A stretch of 63,998 nt of DNA, filler included, from 4 parts of 4 records of this genome joined end to end with filler, not necessarily neighbours in it; one strand, 5' to 3'; shown: positions 25,601-39,249, counted from the first letter of the whole stretch. The notes: a model not told the origin generated them from the sequence alone. Numbers and translations are program-made.

Positions 25601-28600
25601 ACGCTCCAGGATGGTCGTGGCACCGACCGCATCCGTGATCGGATAGTAGGCCGCGAGGCCGGCGGTCAGCGGGGCCAAATGCTTCCGCATCGACGCCTTG
25701 ATGTCGGCGCCGGACCGCGCAGTGCTCCACACCCTCACTTCAGCAATGTAGCCCGCCATCGGGTCCGAATTCCAGCGGTGAGGCTTCTTGCGATCAGTGT
25801 CGGCGCCCAGCACCCACGCGTCGTCAACGCTCAGCTGAGGGAAGCCCCCGTGCGATCCGCGGCCGGACTCGTCACCGTTGATGTATAGGATGGCCTCGGT
25901 GCCCGTCAACACGACGGCGATGTGGGTGGCCTCGCTCGCAGCCATGCCGACATCCACGCACAGGGCGTACCCGGCCTGATTGTTGCACGTGTCACCCTCC
26001 GTCACGGTGCGGTCATTCACCTCGATCTGCATCTTGCCCTTGACGTGGCCGATGTACAAGGCATTCTTGCCGTCGGCGGCCTTGGCGATCTCAAAGAGCG
26101 TCCTGTACTTGTCGAGGCGGGAGAATTGCGCCCACATCTCCACCGTAAGCTCGGCACGGCTGCTCTGAGCCATGCGGCCGGCCAGGGCGGACGGGAGCTC
26201 GACGTGACCCTTGCCAGTGGCACCGCTGAAGAGGATAGATCTGCGGGGCTGGCCAGGGGCCGGGAATGGAGAGTCCTCGAGTCTTCCTCCACTGATGTAG
26301 GCGTTGCCGGCGGGCGAGTTGGTGGCGCCATTGGACAGGATGTTGGAGTCCCAATTGTCGACGCCAAGCATGCTGTACCACGCGTACAGGTAGGGCTCGG
26401 CGCCCGTCAGGGCCTGCTGGCGCCCATCGGCGATGGCGTTGTCGTTGCGGTTGGTGGACCACACCCTCACGTCCCGGATGTAACCATCAAGGGCATCGCT
26501 GGTGAACCGGAGGGGCACGCGGTCCGAGTCGCGACCAAGGACCCACTGGACTTGTGGGCCGAAGGCGGCGTTGACGGGTGTGGCCATGGTGGTAGATGCC
26601 AGGAGCTGTCCATTCATGTAGAGGCGGATGGACTGCGGTGTGACCGCAACAGCGACGTGGAAGGCGGTGCCGGCCTCGAGGGTGGTGTCCTTGCAGAGTC
26701 GAGGGTGGGCGGACGAGCCGCAGGAGTCACCCTCCCAGACGGTGTTGTCATTGATCTCCACCTGCATGCGGCCCTTGACGTAGCCCAGGTACAGCGCGTT
26801 CTTGGAGGTCTTCTCGTCCACGGCCTCGATGATGGTGTGGTACCGGTTGTTCGCAATCTCGCGCCCGGGCTGCACCCACGCCTCCACGGTGAAGCTGGCC
26901 CCCGGCTCCAGCGCGCCCAACGACACCATCCCCTCGGGCGCCGATGCGCTGAAGAGGACCGCCTTGGGCAGGCTGTGAGTGGGCGCGGGTGGCGTCGGCG
27001 GAGGCGCCGGAGCCACCAACGGGAACGGCGACCGCGTGACGCCGTACCCGGCCGGGAACACGGAGAGACGACCGGGGAAGCGGGCCTTGGCCTGGTGATC
27101 GCGGATCGTCACGGCGCCGCGGGGCTCGCGGATGGGGTAATACGCGTAGAGGCCCGGCTCGGACCCGGTCAGCGGGGTGTACCGGGAGCTCTTGATGTCG
27201 TCGGCGCTGCGGGCGATGTCCCAGACACGGACCTCGCCAATGTGGCCGTTGAATGAGTTGTCGGTCCACACCCGGGGCCGGTCGCTGTCCTTGCCGATGG
27301 CCCAGGTGGTGTGCGCTCCGGCCACGCCGAGGGACTCGCCCGAGGGCTTGTCGCGGCGGCCTACCAGCACCCCGTCGACATACATCCGCACGTCAGTGGG
27401 TCCGACCACGGCCACCACATGGTATGGCACGCCGGCCTTGGCCTGGAAGGCGGTGCAGACTGCAAAGTCCGACGTCATACGGCAGGTGTCGGCCTCCCAC
27501 ACGGTGGAGTCATCCAGGGTCACCTGCCAGTTGCCGTCCACGTAGCCCATGAAGAAGGCGTTCTTGGCGGTCGTCGTGTCCACGGCCTCAACTATCGCGT
27601 AGCGGGTGCGCCTGTAGGACACGGCGTCCCACTGCACGACCGCCTCCACGGTGTATACGCCTCCGGGCGACAACTGTCCCAGCTCCACCACGCCGCCATT
27701 GTTCTTCCCGTTGAAGCGGAGAGCCGCGGCGGGAGTGGCGAGCCGGCCGAATACATCGGCCTTCAGCGACGCGCCTGAGCCCACGAGCGCGGCGGAGTGG
27801 GCGTTGCCCTCACTCAGGTCCTCCATGGGGCCGGCGGCGCCCTGGACGCCGGGAAGCCACAGCCGGAGCCCTCCGTCGCTGGCAATGTCGATCACATGCT
27901 TGGCATGGTACTTGATGAGGGACGCGTCGCGGCTGCCGGCCCACACACGCACGTCTCCGATGCAGCCGAGGAGCTTGTCCGAGTTCCACCGGTGTGGGGT
28001 GCGGTCCGTGTCGGCCCCGAGCACCCACACGGTGTCGTTGGTGAATGCAGGCGCGCCATACTCAAGATCCAGCGAGGCGGCCTCGTCGCCGTTAATAAAC
28101 AGCTTCGCCTTGTCTCCAGCCCGGTCCGACTGCACAGTGACGGCCACCCAGAACGCGGCATCAATGTCGGGGCGGAAGGAGTGGCAGATGGTCCGCTTGG
28201 TGTCGCGGCAGCTGTCGCCCTCGGTGGAGGTGCGGTCGTTGAACTCGGCGAAAATGCGGCCATTCGAGTAGCCCAGATAGAAGGCGTTCTTCGCCGAATT
28301 GGGCGCCAACGCCTCGACGATGGAGTGGATGCCCTTGGAAGGATTCGACAGGGACACGCGCGCCTCAAACGTAAATGACCGGCCCGGATTGAAGGCGCCG
28401 ATGCGCCCGTACTGTTCCTCCGACGACGGCGATGTCGGGCTGAAGCACAGCGCCCTCTTCTCGAGCGGGCCGCCGCGGTGGAACGCCAGTGTGGATGCAG
28501 TCGGGGCCGGGGGGGTGGCAAGGGACGGGGGGCGGATGTCATTCACCACTACCTCCGCGCTCCCGTACAAGGTGGCATCGTGCGCTCCAGCGGCGTCCTC

Positions 28601-31600
28601 GAGCTTCGTCGAGCCCGGCTGCTCGGTCATCGGCCAGTGAGCGTACATCCCGGCCGAGATATCGGTGGGCGCACGGACACCGCGGAACACCCGCACGTCC
28701 CACACCGTTCCCTGGTGGGGATCCGACGTCCATTGAGGCGGCGAGCGGTCAGTGTCGGCGCCCAGGGTCCACTCGACGCCCGGCCCAAAGACGGGGGCGC
28801 CACGGCTCATCAGGGCCGACGTGCCCATGAGCTGTCCATCCACGTACATCGCAAGACCGTCCGCGCCGACCGTAACGACGACATGGTACGGCCGGTCGGT
28901 GATGGCGGCGGAGGTCGACGGGCATACCTGCGTGATTCCGCGGCGGCCGCAGCTGTCGCCCTCGTAGTACGTATCGTCGTTGACCACGGCCAGCCAGCGG
29001 CCCCTCATGTTGCCGATATAGAGCACGGACTTGGCCGAAGCCGTGTCCACCGCCTCCAAGAGCGTGCGGTACGAGTTGAGATTGTCCTCGAACTTGACAT
29101 GCATGGAGATGGTCAGCTCGGCGCCCGGCTGGAGCGCGCCTAGCGAGACGCGGCTGCCGTCGGTGCGCCCGGGGAAGGAGACGGCATTGCCATGGGCCAT
29201 GAGACGCGGGAAGGGCGACGGCACCAGGCCGACCTTGGTCGACGAACCAAATCCGGTCAGCTGACCCCGGGCGGCCTTGGTAACGGAGTCGTACAGCGTG
29301 GTGTCGGATGACGGCTGCTGCATGTCCCAGGATGCCAGCAGACCCTTCTCAGTGCCGGACACGACGTGCGCGAACGCATCGGCGATGGCGGCATCGGAGC
29401 GGTATCCGCCCCAGATGCGAATGTGGTTGATCAGCCCGTGGAACTTGTTGCTCGTAAACTGCGTGGGCGAGTGGCGATTCGTGTCGCGACCCACCGACCA
29501 CTGCACGTTGGCGCCGAACCGGGGCGGGCCGGCGGTCAAGGCCACCGCGCCGATCTGGACACCGTCAACGAAGAGCTCGGCCGCCTCCGGAGTGACGCGG
29601 ATGGCAATGTCGTAGAGACGATGCCGCTCGGTCGGGAACTCGAAGCACCCGGCGTTGGGCTCCGTGCAGGAGTTGTATTCCCACACATCGCGCTGGTTGA
29701 CCTCCAGGATGAACTTCTTGCGGTCACGGTACCCGAGGTACAGGGAGTTGTAGGCCGATGTCGAGTCCACGGCGTTGATGATATTGCGAATGCCATTGTT
29801 GCTGAATTGCATCATCCTCAGCTCCACAGTGAACACCGGCCCGGGGTTGATGGCGCCGAGCTGAACCTCGCTGGACTCGCCACCAAACGACAGCGCCTTA
29901 ATGCTGTCGGCTGCGTGGCTCACGACGCAGGTGCGGTTGGTGTTGTCCATGGTGTTGCCCTCAGGGCAGGACCTCACACAATTCTGCCCCAACAAGTACA
30001 GTGGCGCCGCGCACGAAGTGCACTTGCCGGCCGCCCCCGCGCACGAGGCGCACTCGTCGTTACAGGCCTCGCACGCCTTCCGGCCGCGGGGGAGGTAGGT
30101 GCCGTGCGGGCACTCGTCATAGCAGCGGGTGCCGTTCAGAACGTAACCCTTGGCACAGTGGCTGCAGGTCACGGCGTCCGGGCCGCAGCGGGAGCAGGCC
30201 TCATCACAAGCCTCGCAGATGCCATCGTTGTCATAGGTTCCGTGGGGGCAGGAGGTGCGGCACTCGCTCTGGTACTGCACGCGGCCCTCGGGGCACGTCA
30301 GGCACCGCCGGCTGCCGCTGCCGGAGCAAGATTCGCACGTGCTGTGGCAGGAGCGGCAGCGGCCATTCGATCCGTACATTCCCAGCGGGCACACATCATA
30401 GCACCGCGCGATGCCGGCCTCGGAGGTGTCCAGGTAGGGCTCGTCGCCTCCGCAGGAGGTGCAGTGGGTCTCATTCTTGGAGCACGTCAGACAGTTACCG
30501 CTGCACTGGAGGCACGTGTTCTGGTGAAGGAAGCGGCCCTGCGGGCAGGGATGGACGCACTCGTTGTTGAGCAAGCCGCGGCTGCCGCCGCAGCTGAGGC
30601 AGTGGTCCGTCTTGCCCGCGCCACAGGTCTTGCAATTGTTCGTGCACTTGTGGCACTGATTGTTGATCTCCACCTGGTCGGCGTTGCACGAGTCCTGGCA
30701 CACCCGGCCGTTGCTGCTCAGAGCGAGGTGCTCGGGGCATGAAGTGCAGTGGTTCCAGCTCTTGCAGGTCGAGCACTCCGATCGGCACGGCCGGCACACG
30801 CCGCGGCGCGAGCCGTAGCGATAGGTCCCGGCAGGGCAGTTGGTGGTGCAGGTGCCGTTGTGGAGCCAGGTGCCGAGGTCGCACCGGGTGCATGTCGTCG
30901 GCGATCCGTCGCACCGGTCGCACGGGTCTTGACATTTCACACACACGTTCGCGCCATTGCCGACATAGCCGTGCGGGCACGATGTGCGGCACGACTTGCC
31001 AAACAGGAACCGTCCGTCGGGGCAGCTGGTACAGTGGCTCGACCGCCCACTGCACGTTTCGCAATGCTTGTGGCAGTTGTAGCACTTGCGATGCCTGGCG
31101 TGGCCGTACTTGCCCTCGGGGCACTCGGCCCCGCAGGTGCCGTTGTGGAGGTAGGATCCGAGCAGACACGAGCTGCAGGTGCTGCTGTCCGGGTTGCAGG
31201 TGCGGCATTGCAGCTCGGGGTCGCAGGGCACACAAGTGGCGGTGCCGTTGATGACCTCGGACACCTTTCCCGCCGCACATCTCCGCACGCATGTCTGCCC
31301 ATCCATCGACCACTTGTTGTGGCAGGCGGTGCAGGTCGCCGTGTTGCCCGGTGAACATTCCTTGCAAGGATGCTTGCAGCGAGTGCAGACTCCATTGACG
31401 GGGGTGCGGCCAGCCGGGCAATCGGAGACGCACTGGTTGTTGGAGAGACTCTGGCCCGTCGGGCACGACGTGCACTTGGTGGACGAGCTGCACGTCTTGC
31501 AACCCGACGCACAGGCAAGGCACCGCCTTCCCGATCCGTACATCCCGGCGGGGCACGCGGCCACACACTGGCCGTTCAGGAGGAACTTGCCGTTGGGGCA

Positions 31601-34600
31601 GTCCGTGCAGGTCTGCGCATCCGAGCAGTAGCGGCAGGCCGATGGGCACTGGACGGCAACACCACCCTCGAGGTAGTGGGTCTTGGGGATGTGCTTCTCC
31701 AGGGAGCAGCGGGAGTTGTACAGGTAGCGGGGCTGCGTCGAGTTGTAGTTGCACGAGAGGCACGCCGCGGAGGACGTGGAGGTGCAGCTGACGCAGGACC
31801 AGTGGCAGTCCCCGCACGCATCGGCGCCCGAGGCGAAGGTGCTCGAGGGGCATTCGTCCCAGCAGTTGCCATCGTGGAGGCGGCGGCCGGCAGGGCACGA
31901 TGTGCACTGGTCGGCGGGGCCATACTGTGCGCAGGTGGCACAGTCATCCGAGCACTTCACCAGGGTCCGCGTGGACTTGTCGCCGTAGTAACCTGCGGGG
32001 ATCGCGTTGTAACGAACGCACGTGTTGTCTCCACTCAGATAGAAGTTCGACCGGCAGGCAACGCAGTTGGTGGTGCTGCCGTCACAATCGCTGCACCCCT
32101 CGGCGCAGTATTCACAGTTGTTGTCAATGTTGACCTGGTCGGACTTGCAGTTGCGCGTGCAGTTTGCGGCTCCGTTGGGGTATGACTCGAGGGTGTAGCC
32201 GCTCCGGCACCGGGTGCATACGGTCTCCGAAGAGCACCGCTGGCACACACTGCGCGGCTCGCATCGCGTGCAGACCCCGTCCTTGTTGTGGTAGCCGTGC
32301 GGACAAGCGGACAGGCAGCGGCCGTTGTAAAGGCCCCGGCCAGCGGGGCATGTCAAGCACTTGCGGGTATCAGCGCACGTGGCGCAGTTCCAGTTGCGAC
32401 GGCAGCTGGTGCACTCGCCATTCTTCGCATATTTTCCCTCGGGGCAGGTGGAGTTGCAGCTCGAGGTGGCGGCGTCGAAGGCGTGGTCGGGGCTGGCACA
32501 GGAGAGGCACTGCGAGGGAGTGCGGGTGCAGGTGGCGCAGGTGTCGTCGCACTCCACACACGCGGCCGTGCCGTTGACAATTGACCCGGCCGGGCAGTCC
32601 ACGAAGCAGTTGCTGCCCAGCAGGCGCTCACCCGACGGGCACTTGGTGCATTGTTCCGCGCTCCCAGCGCACTCTGCACACTGCTCGGAGCACTTCGCCG
32701 TGGTTCCGAATCTGTTGTAATATCCCGAGGGGGCCTGGTCCACACAGCTGCCCGCGTGAAGGACCCGCCCGCCCGCGCACGAGGTGCAGTTGGAGGCCAG
32801 CCCGGAGTTGCACAGGGCGCAGTCGGCATGGCACGCCTCGCACTTGCCGGCGGCCTCGTAGGTGCCTCCCGGGCAGCTGCCCACACACTGGGTGCCGTAC
32901 AGCTTCAATCCCCCGGTGCACGATGCGCACGTGTTCGCGTCGTTGGTGCAGACACAGTTGGTGTCGCACTGCCGGCACTCGCCGCTCACGTCATCGTTGA
33001 AATAGCCCGAGGGGCAGGTGACCACGCAAGTGCCCGCATGGAGGAAGCGCCCGGTGGCACACGTCCTGCACTGGGCGGCACCGCTGCCCGAGCACGTCGC
33101 GCAGGTGGAGTCGCAGTCGACACACGCATTGTTGTTGACAAACTGGTTGGATTGGCACTGCGAAACACACGACTGGCCGCTCTGGAGGTACTGCGACGCG
33201 CAGGCGGTGCAGTTGGAGGCCGAACCGAAGCAGGCAGAGCACCCGACCCCGCACGGCACGCAAGCGCCCGCGACCCTGGTGTGGGCGGCGGGGCACGGGG
33301 TGACGCACGTGGATCCGTAGGAAACCTTCCCGGCGGGGCACTGCAGTCGAAAACAAAACAGTCAGTAAACCACAAATCATTCTCGGATTGACGGTTCCCC
33401 GCTCACGAAACGACACGCAACTCCATTTGATTCCGCCATACCGCCCAAATCACAAGATCCCCATAACACGAATCCAATTCACTTACGCTGGTACAGGTGT
33501 CGGTCGTCCCCTGGCAAGTCTGGCAGTCGTCATTGCACACATCGCATGAGGTGCCGCGGTCAAGGGTGCCGGCCGGGCACGACGCCACGCAGTTTCCGTT
33601 GTAGAGGCGGTGAGAGGAGGGGCAGGAGGTGCAGAACACCTTCAGGCCGTCCGCCGACTCGCCACAGCCCGCGCAGTTCTGGCCGGCAGGGCAATTTACA
33701 CAGGTCCGATCCGAGGCGCGGGCGTAGGTGCCGAGGGGGCACTCGGAGGTGCAGGTGGAAGAATGCAGGAAGGTGCCGGCCGCGGCCGCGCACCCGCTGC
33801 ACGTCGTGTTAGCAGCTCCAGTGCAGCCGCCGGAGCACTCCACGGCACAGGGGCTGCAGTGCCTCGTGCTGGAGTCCGCATAGGTCTTGGAGGGACACGA
33901 TGCCACACATGATCCGGAGTGGAGGAACTTGCCGCTTTCCGCACACGCGGTACAGTCGCCGGCCCCCGCGCCGGTGCAGGTGGAGCAGGCGCCGTTGCAG
34001 GCGCGGCACACGCGGGCGGCGGTGTCAAGGTAGGTGCCATCGGGGCACTGCGCGAGGCACTGTCCGTTGTAAAGATTCGCGTCGCTCTTGCACGAGTAGC
34101 AGTTGCTGGCCCCAGTCCCGGTGCACTCGAGGCAGGACGAGTCACAGGTGGTGCAGACGCCGGACAGAGGGAAGGACCCGCTGGAGCATGACGGGCCGCA
34201 CACTGCCCCATTCAGTACATTCCCGTTCTTGCAAGAGGTGCAGGTGGTAGCGGTGCCCGAGCACGTTTCGCAGGAGGCGTCGCAAGGCTCACAGGCCCCA
34301 GTGGCGGCATTACCAAAGTGGCCGGCAGGGCAGGCCGACAGACATGCACCGAGGTACGCAAACGAGCCGGCGGCACACGCGGTGCAGTACGTGGCCTCGC
34401 TCTCACACCGCACACAGGGGGACTGGCACTGCTCGGTGCAGCCGTCCCAATTGACGAGGCGGTAGCCGGCACGCCGGGTGGCGTTGATGACCTCGGGGAT
34501 CGCATTGATTCCTGTCAGGGTGCCACCCGAGTGTGCGGAGATGGCCCCGGCACCCTTGAGGCCCATCAGACCCGTGTAGACAGCATCCGCGATGGATTGA

Positions 34601-37318
34601 GGGGTGGCGCCGTTCGCCCAGTCTCGAGGATCGACGTTCCACCTCACCATTCGGTAACCCATCGCCTCCACAGTCGCAATAACATCGGCGTTAGTCTCGC
34701 CGAAAGGCGGCTGCATGATCCGTGGCTGGGCCGGGGACATGTTCAGGGCGTCCAAGGCGGCCTCGCTCGCGGTCAGCTCATCACGGATCTGAGACTCGGA
34801 CAGCGTGGTGAGCGAAGTGCGGGAGTGGGTCGCCGATGCCACCGTGTGCCCCTCCGCGGCGATCTGGCGCGCCAGCGAGTCGTGTCCTCCCCACTCCAGG
34901 CGATTTGTCGTAACGAAGAACGTCGATGGCGCCTGTTCGGCGGCCAGGGTCGCGAGGAGGGGCGGGGTGAACTGATGATGAGGCACCGTTCCGAACGCAA
35001 GCATCATGCGGCGGCCAATCGTACACCCGTACACGACTCCGGAGGGGGAGGGCGCCGAGCCACAGTCGGCGGAGCACGTCGCCGTGGTCTCCTGGCCGTT
35101 GCACACGCCATCACCACACACCTCCCGGCAGTCGGCCTGGCAGCCCTCAGACAGCAGACAGTGGCTGTTTTCGGTCCCGCAGTATCCGTTCTTGGAGCAG
35201 CACTGGCCGCTCGAGCAGCGTTGGGACGGCCCGCACCTCTCCACGGCGCGGAGGCACTGATCCATCGTCACAATCTTGTAGTTCTTGGCACGGAGAGCCG
35301 CCACCACGCGCGGGAAGGCGTTGACCGAGTGGAGGTGGGTGTCGTGCAGGACCGCAATCGCGCCATGCGGCGCCAGCGCATCGGTCTGGGCCGTGGTCTG
35401 CTCCACAACCCTGTCGGAGTCCCCGGGGTAGCGGTGGTCCTCGGGATCCACGTTCCACAGCACAAGCTCATATCCCATCATCTGCGCAATCTCCTGGACG
35501 CGGGCATCATACTCCCCATATGGGGGGCGCAAAAAGCGGGGCTTTAAGCCAGTGGCGTCCTCAATGGCCACCGCCGCGCGGTTGAGCTCGTACCGGATAG
35601 TGGCATTGTCCATGGCGGTGAGGGCAGACTTCATCGTGTAAGTCTGGGACAGCACGGCGTGGCCCTCGGACGCCATCCGCTTCGCCACGCTGCTGTGGTT
35701 CGTCCAGCCCTGGTCAAGGCGCTCCGCATGGACAAAGAACGACAAGGGAACGTTCAGGTCCTTGGCATAGTCCAACAACCGGTCCGTGTAGGGGGACATT
35801 GGCCCGTCAGAGTACGTCAGCGCGATCTCTCGCTCGCCGGTGCACGCGCGGTGGACGCGGGCGGCATCAGGACACACGCCGCAGTCCTGTGCACAGTCTT
35901 CGCAGGTCTCGGCGCCGTTGCAGGATCCATCACCACACGAGATCTGGCACTGGAGGGTGGTCAGTCGCTCGGAAATCAACAGCACATACTCAACACTCAC
36001 GTTACTCTGGCAGCCGCGGGACGCGAGGCAGTGGTGGCCAGTGGTGCCGCAGTAGCCGTCCTTGGAGCAGCACGAGGCATCGGGGCACGGCGCGGTGCTG
36101 TTGCAGGTTTGCACGGGGTATATACACTCCTGCTGAGACACGATACGGTAGCCCTTGGCCTCGGTCGAGTTGAGGATGTGGTCCAGCACTAGGTCCGTCA
36201 CAGGCACCGAGTGCGCCAGCGTGTCGTGCTGCAGGTGAATCTGACCGTGTGGGGCGCGGAAGTTGAACTCCCCTCGCCAGTACGCGGCAATCTCCGCCTC
36301 CTGGCCGGCGCTGTAGGCCCAGTCGCGCGTGTCCGTGCTGTAGTGCACCACGCTCATACCGAAGTCCTCGACGGTCTCGATGACAAGGTCGTTCAGGGCG
36401 CCATAGGGCGGCCGGAAGAAGCGCGGCCGCACCCCCGCGATCTTCTGAACCTCGTACACGCTCTTGCGCAGGTCCTCGCGGATCTGCTCCTTGTTCTTGA
36501 GGGTGTAGTCGTCGTGGGTCCAGCTGTGCACGCCGACCTCGTGCCCTTCGCGCACGATGCGGCGGAGGATGTCCGCGTGGTCTCCCCACGTCAGCCGCTC
36601 ACCGAGGACGTAGAAGATGGCCTTGACACCGCGGCGAGCCAGTATGTCCAGGATCTTAGGGGTGTTAGTCGACTCCGGCCCGTCGTCAAAGGTCAGGGTT
36701 ATGGTGCCTGGCGGCAGGCAGCGCTTAATAGAGCCCAGAGGAACCGGGCACTCACCGCAGTCCTGGCAGGAGTAGCACTGGGGGGCATGGTTAGCTGGCA
36801 CTAGGCACCGCGACCCGGCCCTTCCAACTCACCGTCTCGTCACCGTTGCACACGCCATCACCGCATGTCATCGTGCAGTTGGCCGTGCAGCCCGCCTCCA
36901 GCAGGCAGTGGTCCGGCGAGCTACCGCACTGGCCCCATTTGGAGCAGCAGTGGCCGCTAGGGCACGGGGAAGTGGGGCCGCACAGACCGCCGCCCGCGGG
37001 TCCTTCCTCCTCCTGGTCACATTGACTCAGGCACCCGCGGCTGGGCAGGCAATGGTCGGACGTGTAGCCGCAGAAGCCGAACTTGCTGCAGCAGGCGCCG
37101 TTGGCGCAGGGCTGCATAGCGAGGAGGCCGAGTCAGCAAATAAAAATAAAAAAATGAAGAAAAAAATATCAGAAAACAAAACAAATCTCCACACTCACCG
37201 TGAAAGCATCGCACGCCGTGGCGGACACTGGCCGCGGGGCGACCAAGGCTGCCACAAGAGCAGCCAGGGTGACGGCCAACGCCACTCCCTGGCCAGCACT
37301 AGTGTGCCGATATAACAT
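22631..37318 (-). CDS. Giant type I membrane protein (~4,782 aa): signal peptide, hevein/CBM18 modules, 3 NodB/CE4 polysaccharide deacetylase domains, furin-like Cys-rich repeats, 7 LamG-like domains, 3 FN3, Cys-rich repeats, ZU5/GAIN-like region with GPS-type motif, TM, short tail
   Basis: Five phase-consistent exons: 37318-37199, 37111-36833, 36777-36001, 35949-33487, 33340-22631, all with GT-AG introns. Motifs CCSKxGxCG, TFDDGP/HSWTH/RPPYG, CxxCxxxCxxC repeats, FTVEAWV...VRVW, WxAP FN3, HFTTFGIV, hydrophobic TM. Confidence 0.9.
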
Positions 37319-38569
37319 AATTGTATGCAGTTCTGATTAAATAGGGGCTAGGGTATAACTGTATTGGAAGGATCAGTTATGCATATGTGCGAATTACCAT
37401 CTCAACAACCAATCCATACCTTGCAAAAAAGACGAACTGAAAAGAAAGAAAGAAAACAAGAAAGCAAACTATAGAGTAAACAGAAAGTGTGAACAAGTCT
37501 CGAAAGTATTCAAAGATTCTTCGTTACTTGATCCTCGATTTCAGAGATCAGAAAGTTAAACTTTGAGAGGTATCCTATTATTTGAGAAAGACGACTATCC
37601 CAAAACAGCAGAACGTTCACCCTGAGTGGCCATTCCATATAAATGAAGAGAAAAGTAGAAACTCTCGGTCTCCGTGAATGAGGCAAGGGGGAGGCGACAT
37701 CAGCGGCAGAATAGGCCGGATATTCCGTTGAGCACGTGCCACAGATGGGGCCTGTCTTGGCAGCCGTTAGACCGGCCCAACAACTAGCAGAGTCCACTGG
37801 TTGGCTCCGAACAGGCGAACTCCAGGCTCCACTTCCGATTGATTGTGGACCATTCGCGGGGACTGGTGAGGAGGCTGGAGGTCACCGAACGTCATGTGGG
37901 GATGGGTAAGATATAGGCTAGTAGACTAAGTCCGAAAGCACGCGGTGTTGGCGATCCGGTGGGTCATGGTGATGGAGCCCTGGATGATCACCTGGTAATG
38001 TGGGTGGCTAGGTCCGGCCGGCTGTGAGGGGAGCCTCGACATGGAGCCTACTTGCACTGCTGCTACGTAATCAGCCGAGCGTCAAAAATAGCAGGAAGAA
38101 GCGAAGCGATTGGCCGAGGTGAACCGACGTCTTCAGTTCCTCTCTAAATCTGAACCGGCCGACTTACCAACGTAACCGATAACACGCTTTGAAATTGCAA
38201 TTGGGAGCTGGAACTTGGAACGTTCAGAACGTTCACCGAATAGGTTTGGTTCTGTGAGAGGTTGGACTTCTGGGGCTGTATGAGACGACGTCCTCACTTG
38301 AGAGCCGAACCCCTAACGCCGCAATTGGTGGACATGTGGCAATAACTAAATTGGGAAAGAAAAGTAGCTGATCGGACTCAAGTATTCCAATTTTGTTGTC
38401 CGTTTGGCCCCACCGGCAGGCTGCGACCGGTTCATCGACTCGCGCTTCACTGCTGGTCGGAGCCAATTGGGCCAGGCACCAGCAGGCTCGGCTTCTGGAC
38501 TGGCCACAAGATGTCGCCCTCCCCTGGGGGCTTGAGACTCACTAATAAACCAACCAACCGTCAACCACC

Positions 38570-38750
38570 ACTCGACTGGGGCCATTCCGCGCCTCTGGTG
38601 GGCCCCACTGAGCGCTGCGAGAGGGCCCCGCCCGCCCACGCCCTGCTGAGGGGGGGGGCCATGGCGACCGGCCGGCGCCTGGTCCGGCTGTGCGTCGGCG
38701 CGGCAGCCCCGACAGTGCCCGACCGTGCGCGCTCAACGCCTCAGGCCTTC
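38570..38750. promoter_or_regulatory. GC-rich island, probable promoter of the giant surface-protein gene
   Basis: GC-rich block with GGGCGG/GGGCCC elements between the 3' end of the NACHT gene and the 5' region of the giant gene. Confidence 0.3.
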
Positions 38751-39249
38751 CCAGCCAAACATGATACACACTAGGACGGTTTACGTATTTCTAGTCTCGC
38801 TATGGTCTCTAGATGCCCTGAGGGATGAGGAATGCCCTAGTTATTTAAGGGTAGTTGGACACCCGGCGGGGCATGACGTGGTCAATGCTGGCCTCGCCAT
38901 CATCATCAATGATATCGTCCAGCCGTGCCGGGAGCGAAAGCGTCTCGAAGAACTGGGGCGAGGGGTCGGCTGTCAGGGCGGGAACACTAGCCACTGGCCA
39001 CCTCGGCACTCACCTCGTCTGTATCGGATAGATATGCGTCGTCCTTGCGTGACAGGTCCTCGCTGTTCCGGGAGGCCTGCACCTCTGTTGACGACAAGGC
39101 CCACTCAGCACCATGCCACGCTGGTCCCGACCCCCCCCACACACACACACAACCACCGTACCTGAGAGGCTCCGCTTGCGACTGGGAATAAACCCAAATG
39201 CGCCGCTCATCCTACACCATGGTGTTGGTAAGTAACGCTGCGCCACCTA

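Noticed and set aside
35950-36000. Peptide VSVEYVLLISERLTTLQ within the 1132-aa ORF
   Set aside because: In-frame 51-nt intron (GTGAGT...CTGAC...CAG) interrupting the Cys pattern
22641-37315. Many long overlapping ORFs on both strands over the giant gene
   Set aside because: Shadow ORFs expected from high GC3 codon bias; low-complexity Arg/Gly/Ala translations
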